From the IMG/VR virus record IMGVR_UViG_3300023077_000001, positions 1 to 51,215 of that record: a DNA stretch of 51,215 nucleotides; one strand, given 5' to 3'. The notes under the pieces are model-generated. The model was not told the origin of the DNA and ran no database searches. It worked only from the letters and a program-made list of their open reading frames with translations. Both the position numbers and the translations under genes were made by a program. This DNA comes from a virus (taxonomy: Duplodnaviria; Caudoviricetes). Below, piece by piece: positions 46,246 to 51,215 of the stretch (position 1 is the stretch's first letter; each line of letters starts with the position of its first letter).

Positions 46246-47652
46246 ATGACACATACACTTAAGCCCGATGCGCAGGGCCACATAAATATCGACAACAAGG
46301 GCGGAATGTACACGCCCGGTGACACGATCTACATCACGGGCAATCCGAAAGATGTATTGATTACCGCCCTGAGCGGCGCCGAAGGCCAGCCGATAAAAAT
46401 CAGCAACGTGCCAGGCGAGGTCCTGAACATCGGTGATAGTACGTGGAGCGGTGGTTCGTATAGCTATGGGCTGATGTTCAAAAACTGCCATCACATAGAG
46501 GTGTTTGGCAGCAGCAAAAATAATTTCATTATCACGGGCAGTAAGTCAACTGCCAAGGATGCGAACGGCTATTGGATTGCTGGCGCATACTTTAATTGCC
46601 GCATTGATGACATGTCGGATAACTTTAAAGTTCACGACATGACCATCCGTTACGGAGGCAACGGCATATGGTGTAAAACCGAAGTGTATTCTACTAACTC
46701 GTCCACATGGGCGCCCAATGCCTGTGCAAACTTTGAGTTTTACAACTTGGATATAGGCTTTACGCATACCGAAGGAATGTACATCGGTCACACAGCCACG
46801 TGGTGGAACATAAAAACAAATCAGCCTTATTATAGTGGAACGCCGACCGACCTAAATACTTACAAGCAGCCCTCAAAACTGTCGAACGTTATTATTCGCA
46901 ACAACTACGTGCACGACTGCGAGTTTGACGGCATCCAATGCGCGGCCATCGACGGCTTACAGGTTTATGGCAATGAAGTAGTCAACTGGGGCATTGGCAA
47001 AAACTCCGGGCACAACGGTGGCATTCTCATCGGTGGGCGGGTGAAAGGTTTCAACGTCCACGATAACTACGTGCACGATGGTTGGGGCGATATGATACAG
47101 GTATATGCCGAAGGTGGTGCGCCAGGTAAGATAACGAACAACCTTTTGGTAAACAATCAGGCATCGACGGATGCGTCGGGCATATCACTGCGCGGAACCA
47201 ACGATCTCGTAGTGGAGCTGAGCAATAATACTGTTGTTTCAACCGGCTCCAGCACGATTCGCGTAAATGGCTATTACGGTCAAAAGAGCAAGCAGGTAAT
47301 CAGCAACAATATACTGGCCCAACCCAGGTACATAGCCGCCATAGGCGCGCGCAACTACATATACGAAGAGAACGGAGGCGTGTTCATTGATGTAGGCAAC
47401 CAAAAATTCCAGACCCTCGCCGACGCAAAGCTCGATAGCAAGTTCATCCCAGTGGCAGGTACGACGGCCGCAGGGTTTGGGTATAAGTTGCCACAGCAGC
47501 CGGAAACACCGGCGCCTCAACCAGAAGAACTAAAGCTATCGATCAACATTCCGGCAATAAACATAACGGGTTTGAAGGTTGGCACGCAAACGGCGAAGAT
47601 GGCGCTGCCTGATGGAAAAACAATTGACATAACTATTGTAGTTGAGAAATGA
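46246..47652 (+). CDS. Right-handed parallel beta-helix protein (tailspike/depolymerase-like)
   Basis: Repeats IIRNNYVHD, VYGNEV, VHDNYVHD, ITNNLL, ISNNIL. Confidence 0.75.
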   Translation: MTHTLKPDAQGHINIDNKGGMYTPGDTIYITGNPKDVLITALSGAEGQPIKISNVPGEVLNIGDSTWSGGSYSYGLMFKNCHHIEVFGSSKNNFIITGSKSTAKDANGYWIAGAYFNCRIDDMSDNFKVHDMTIRYGGNGIWCKTEVYSTNSSTWAPNACANFEFYNLDIGFTHTEGMYIGHTATWWNIKTNQPYYSGTPTDLNTYKQPSKLSNVIIRNNYVHDCEFDGIQCAAIDGLQVYGNEVVNWGIGKNSGHNGGILIGGRVKGFNVHDNYVHDGWGDMIQVYAEGGAPGKITNNLLVNNQASTDASGISLRGTNDLVVELSNNTVVSTGSSTIRVNGYYGQKSKQVISNNILAQPRYIAAIGARNYIYEENGGVFIDVGNQKFQTLADAKLDSKFIPVAGTTAAGFGYKLPQQPETPAPQPEELKLSINIPAINITGLKVGTQTAKMALPDGKTIDITIVVEK

Positions 47653-47879
47653 CGGAAACCAATATTCTAAGCCTACTGATCGCAGCAATTTCAGGGTTAG
47701 TCATCGCAATCGGCGCACTCGTTACTGCCGTTGTATATATGTACAAGCGCAATGAAAAGCGAGAGGCGAATATGCACAGGTTGTTTGTAGACTGTCTGAA
47801 CAAGTGTAACAACCTGATGCAAAAAAACATCGAGATGCTTGACCGGGTTGAAAAACAGGCGAACTGGAGATCGCGTTAA
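47649..47879 (+). CDS. Putative holin/antiholin
   Basis: One TM helix and charged tail at the start of the lysis region. Confidence 0.55.
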   Translation: MTETNILSLLIAAISGLVIAIGALVTAVVYMYKRNEKREANMHRLFVDCLNKCNNLMQKNIEMLDRVEKQANWRSR

Positions 47880-47889
47880 AACAATTCAA

Positions 47890-48189
47890 ATGGCAACAAT
47901 TATAAGCTCACAAGGCGCAAGCAGGCCAGCTCCAAAGTGGTGGCGGAACCTTGAGCGCGGGCTGCTGCTGATTCTTATACCAGCCGCCACGGTAATCATT
48001 CAAAGCTGGCAGTTTGCTGACCAGGAAACTGCATTGAAAGTAAACCTTGTCGTCAATACTGGCTTCACGGCCGTAATAAAATTCATTGGGATGATGCTTG
48101 TAGATACGGACGACAATTATGTTTCTAACCTATCATCAGAGGACCAAGGAAGAATCAAGACTATGAGCCCCAAACAGGGAGATGAGTAA
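47890..48189 (+). CDS. Putative holin
   Basis: Two hydrophobic segments after PAPKWWR; ATG 47890. Confidence 0.55.
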   Translation: MATIISSQGASRPAPKWWRNLERGLLLILIPAATVIIQSWQFADQETALKVNLVVNTGFTAVIKFIGMMLVDTDDNYVSNLSSEDQGRIKTMSPKQGDE

Positions 48190-48191
48190 TT

Positions 48192-48941
48192 ATGAAAGTA
48201 ACCTTTAGAGATATTTGTTGGTTTGCGGTAGTCGCATTGATTATGCTGTTTCTCTCAAAATGTCACCGCGACGAAACCGTATCAATGAGTGACCGGTTCC
48301 ACGAGATAAACACAAGATTGATGGCTGACTCTATTGCACACTTTCGGGCAGTAGCCGCACTGGAGGAGTCGCTACACGCCGAAAAGCAAGCTACCGACTC
48401 GGCGGCCCGTAAGGCGCAAGCTGCCAGCGCTGTTGTTAGCGAGTCACAGGCGACCATTAACCGGCTGACAACGGCTTTGCGAACTGCAAAGCATTTGCCT
48501 GTGGACGGCAACTTTATTACCGTGGCCCCAACTTACGTAACCTATTGTGATAGCCTCGCAGATGCGACAGACGCCTTAGCGCAAAACTTCAACACTTACC
48601 GGCTTACCCAAGGCGCAGTCATTAGTGGCAAAGACCGCCAACTACTCCTCAAGGACTCGTTGCTTATCCGGGAGCGCACTTTTTCCGCAGGTTGTCGGAC
48701 AGAGGTGGCGGCGCTACAAGCGATCTACACGAAGGTCCAGCAAGAAAATAAACCGCGCAACCAGGTTTTTTTAGGCGCAGAAATATCGGGAACGCAAGCC
48801 ACTGTTTTTCAGAATATCGGCGGTGTGCTATCGCTTAAGACCAAGCGCAATAAACTCTGGCAGATTAGCTCCGGCATTCAAAGCAATGGCCAGGTATATG
48901 GACGCATTAACGGAAACATATTAATCAGTTTTAAAAAATAG
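48192..48941 (+). CDS. Putative spanin-like lysis protein
   Basis: N-terminal TM, coiled coil, C-terminal amphipathic beta strands. Confidence 0.55.
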   Translation: MKVTFRDICWFAVVALIMLFLSKCHRDETVSMSDRFHEINTRLMADSIAHFRAVAALEESLHAEKQATDSAARKAQAASAVVSESQATINRLTTALRTAKHLPVDGNFITVAPTYVTYCDSLADATDALAQNFNTYRLTQGAVISGKDRQLLLKDSLLIRERTFSAGCRTEVAALQAIYTKVQQENKPRNQVFLGAEISGTQATVFQNIGGVLSLKTKRNKLWQISSGIQSNGQVYGRINGNILISFKK

Positions 48942-48943
48942 AT

Positions 48944-49141
48944 ATGAAACTTTTTAAGAATCCAATTTTTTGGGGGGTGGCCCTCTTTGCGGGCGGCATA
49001 TTACTTGGAGCTATCGGGTGGGATAAAGATGAGAGCACAATTCCTGAGCGCACTGTCGGTTCTGTACCCATGATGGCTACAGGTGTAGCGATGATTGTCG
49101 TCGGGCTTCTAATCATGTTTATCGCCGGCAACCGCAAATGA
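48944..49141 (+). CDS. Small two-TM membrane protein
   Basis: Two hydrophobic helices. Confidence 0.65.
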   Translation: MKLFKNPIFWGVALFAGGILLGAIGWDKDESTIPERTVGSVPMMATGVAMIVVGLLIMFIAGNRK

Positions 49142-49473
49142 TCACCTACCTGTTGATATTAGCGGCCGCATTTTTTAACGCTTGTATGGACGCGTTTGAA
49201 AACGAGAATTACTTCGAATCAATCTTCCGGGGCTGGAACCAAAGATTTTGGTACAAGAGAGAATCGTGGAAATATGCGGGCAAAGTCTTCGGCTATAAAC
49301 TCGACGCCTGGCACATTTCAAAATCGCTTATGGTTTGTTGTGTTGTTGCTGCGCTCATTGCCTGCAAGACGACGCCACCACCTGGAAGTTGGTGGGTTAT
49401 CCTTATAAATATGGGTATCGTTTGGAATGCAGGGTTTTGGCTCGTCTATCACAAAGTGTTTGGAATTAAATAA
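49138..49473 (+). CDS. Membrane protein
   Basis: Hydrophobic helices, SWKY and DAWH motifs. Confidence 0.7.
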   Translation: MITYLLILAAAFFNACMDAFENENYFESIFRGWNQRFWYKRESWKYAGKVFGYKLDAWHISKSLMVCCVVAALIACKTTPPPGSWWVILINMGIVWNAGFWLVYHKVFGIK

Positions 49474-49499
49474 AAACCCCGGCGTTACGAGAGCCGGGG
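49472..49499. terminator. Terminator-like hairpin
   Basis: CCCCGGC/GCCGGGG stem preceded by A-tract. Confidence 0.5.
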
Positions 49500-49595
49500 C
49501 ACAAGTGTAATTAAAGATATCAGCCGCAGGAGGCCGGCTAAGATTCACGTCAGCGCTTGCGAGAACTGTTAACGCATTAAAGTTAATCATGCGTT

Positions 49596-50129
49596 ATGAA
49601 CTTACCAACAAAATATCAATGGCTTTTACAGGAGACCGGGCCGAAAATGATAATCGAGCTCATCCGTGTGTATGGAACAAAGGAAACGCCAGGTGACGAG
49701 GACAACCCGGTGATCATGAAATGGGCCAAGGAGGTGGGGGTTGAGCGCGATTATCGCCATGATGCGGTGCCGTGGTGTGGGTTGGCAATGGCCGTTATTG
49801 CCAAGCGGTCGGGCAAGGAGGTGAACTTCCCGCCATTATGGGCAAAGAACTGGGCCCAGTTTGGCGAAAGAGTAACGGATGGCGCACAGCTTGGGGATGT
49901 CCTTGTATTTACCCGATCCGGGGGCGCCGGGCACGTTGGTCTATACATTGGCGAGGATGACGACTGTTATCACGTTGGTGGTGGTAACCAGGCAGACATG
50001 ATCAATATTGCCCGGGTAGCCAAAGACAGGCTTTATGCCGTTAGGCGACCGATTTATAAGGTAAAGCCCGCAAATGTGCGACGCATTTTGTTGGACAAGG
50101 ATGGAGAAGTCAGTCGCGATGAGGCATAA
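49596..50129 (+). CDS. Endolysin, NlpC/P60-CHAP type (TIGR02594-like)
   Basis: GTKE.PG..DNP.I, PWCG, GDVLVF, GHVG, GGNQ. Confidence 0.88.
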   Translation: MNLPTKYQWLLQETGPKMIIELIRVYGTKETPGDEDNPVIMKWAKEVGVERDYRHDAVPWCGLAMAVIAKRSGKEVNFPPLWAKNWAQFGERVTDGAQLGDVLVFTRSGGAGHVGLYIGEDDDCYHVGGGNQADMINIARVAKDRLYAVRRPIYKVKPANVRRILLDKDGEVSRDEA

Positions 50130-50155
50130 AAAAAGTCCGCTGAGGGGCAGCGGAC
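50128..50155 (-). terminator. Intrinsic terminator between convergent genes
   Basis: GTCCGCTG/CAGCGGAC stem with T-tract on minus strand. Confidence 0.7.
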
Positions 50156-50194
50156 AGTGATAAATCAACATTTAATAACTATACTGAAACGAAA

Positions 50195-50455
50195 CTACTT
50201 CTTTTCTATCAATCCAACACGTTCCGCAATTTTTTTTAGCCGGTGAGGTTTGCGGTCGATGTGATAATCCCTTTCTAAAAGCCACGAGAGCTCCGTAAAA
50301 TCCATGCCCCGATGCTTCTCAAGCATCTCAAGGACAATTTTTCCTTTCTCGTCATCCATAAGGCGCTTCCGCTCTATTAATTGCCTGTACTCGTCGGCTT
50401 TATCGGCGGGCACACTAACAACTATCCTCGTCGTATCCTTGTCTTTTTTGGGCAT
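50195..50455 (-). CDS. Small DNA-binding regulator (ribbon-helix-helix-like N-terminus)
   Basis: TTRIVVSVPADKADEYRQLI; TATCTTTG (-7 type box) just upstream of ATG 50455; divergent from integrase. Confidence 0.6.
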   Translation of the reverse strand: MPKKDKDTTRIVVSVPADKADEYRQLIERKRLMDDEKGKIVLEMLEKHRGMDFTELSWLLERDYHIDRKPHRLKKIAERVGLIEKK

Positions 50456-50590
50456 GCCCAAAGATACGTTCTAATTTTTCTGAACAAAACTTTCGATATT
50501 TTTGGGACGAACCTGCATGCGACAGCTATGCAACATTTTTTTGGAGCCTTTACATTTGTGTGAAAATCATACATTTAGAATTTCAATAAT

Positions 50591-50611
50591 CGTCCCTAAC
50601 GGGACGTTTTT
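50591..50611 (+). terminator. Intrinsic terminator-like hairpin
   Basis: CGTCCC-TAAC-GGGACG followed by T5. Confidence 0.55.
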
Positions 50612-50734
50612 CAGTTATCGCCGCAGCACCTGAAAACCAGTCAAATGCGTGATCTGGCGCGGAGTTCAAGCAAAAAATCCAGCATTCATATCGGCGAACA
50701 ACTGGGATATTTTGGTACACTTTAGGAACACTTT

Positions 50735-50767
50735 TGCAATAATTATGCAAGAATTATGCAATAATTC
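50735..50767 (+). repeat. Three tandem 11-bp repeats upstream of integrase
   Basis: TGCAATAATTA TGCAAGAATTA TGCAATAATTC, followed by TAGGTTTG (TAnnTTTG) at 50771-50778. Confidence 0.8.
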
Positions 50768-50796
50768 TATTAGGTTTGTTATCAAATCAACCTGCA

Positions 50797-51215
50797 ATGC
50801 ACAAGGAGCAAAACGTCCGTGTCAAAGTCGTTCAATGGCAAAATTACAACTCAGCCAAACACCCTGGTAAATTCCCTTTAAAAATCGAAGTCTATATTAA
50901 CCCTCGTTGTCGCCCACAAGAGAGTTTGGGAATATATGTCACGCCCGAGCAATTCGATCCGGTAGAGGGCCGTGTCGTCGGCCATGAATCTGCAAAGTTT
51001 TATAACGCAAAAATTAAGCGTCGAAAAATGCATTGGGAAAATGAAATCGAGAAAAAGCAATATGCAGGGGAGATAATTACGCCGGAAAAGATTTTGGTGA
51101 AGCGCGTGACGAAGTCATTTTTTCGATATTGTAAGGAAGTAAGGCCAGACAAGGAAACAGAAACGATGATCAGTCGAATGAAGAGCTTTTTCGGAAGAGA
51201 GCCGTCGTTTGCCGA
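50797..51215 (+). CDS. int: Tyrosine integrase, N-terminal part (runs off window)
   Basis: Manually translated MHKEQNVRVKVVQWQNYNSAKHPGKFPLKIEVYINPRCRPQESLGIYVTPEQFDPVEGRVVGHESAKFYNAKI...SFFRYC: Bacteroidota arm-DNA-binding domain; catalytic domain not in window. Confidence 0.75.
   Translation, partial: MHKEQNVRVKVVQWQNYNSAKHPGKFPLKIEVYINPRCRPQESLGIYVTPEQFDPVEGRVVGHESAKFYNAKIKRRKMHWENEIEKKQYAGEIITPEKILVKRVTKSFFRYCKEVRPDKETETMISRMKSFFGREPSFA

Larger units (their letters stand above)
1..51215. mobile_element. Temperate Bacteroidota phage/prophage with crAss-like podovirus morphogenesis module (partial genome)
   Basis: Terminase, portal, scaffold, capsid, tail, lysis and integrase-like genes; dense small-ORF accessory arm; no host housekeeping genes. 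Confidence 0.92.

Noticed and set aside
20020-49948. Numerous short antisense or out-of-frame ORFs inside structural genes
   Set aside because: Shadow ORFs fully overlapping long, motif-bearing genes
19175-50129. Stop-codon reassignment as in some crAss-like phages
   Set aside because: Long genes are intact in the standard code; TAG and TGA end genes at sensible boundaries (e.g. 40624, 48941, 21231)
1-51215. CRISPR array, diversity-generating retroelement or retron
   Set aside because: No regularly spaced repeat-spacer units, no reverse transcriptase motif and no template/variable repeat pair seen

Overview
The whole window looks like part of one temperate Bacteroidota phage or prophage (several proteins resemble Chitinophagaceae-type proteins; host is inferred). 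All calls come from reading motifs by eye; no database searches were run. The left arm (1-19.1 kb) is almost all minus strand: small accessory genes, HTH regulators, a stand-alone FecR-type anti-sigma N-terminal domain, a C5 cytosine methyltransferase-like gene, a metallophosphoesterase, and a tight operon of five glycosyltransferase-like and two SAM methyltransferase-like genes with an Acb2/Tad1-like sponge and GroES. The right arm (19.2-50.1 kb, plus strand) is a podovirus morphogenesis module of crAss-like architecture (ring proteins, muzzle, cargo proteins incl. a 1925-aa polyvalent protein, terminase, portal, scaffold, major capsid), then a degenerate tRNA-Met, fibre/spike genes and lysis genes. 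The window ends inside a tyrosine-integrase-like gene missing from the ORF track. Best leads: (1) the self-contained glycosylation/methylation operon; (2) a fixed-spacing motif AACCTGnnCTGTTTTTTG-N22-TAGATTAGGTGT present four times, one copy pointing into a pseudoknot/terminator RNA; (3) a crAss-like virion module linked to an integrase with no visible virion RNA polymerase. No replication genes, CRISPR array or reverse transcriptase are visible.
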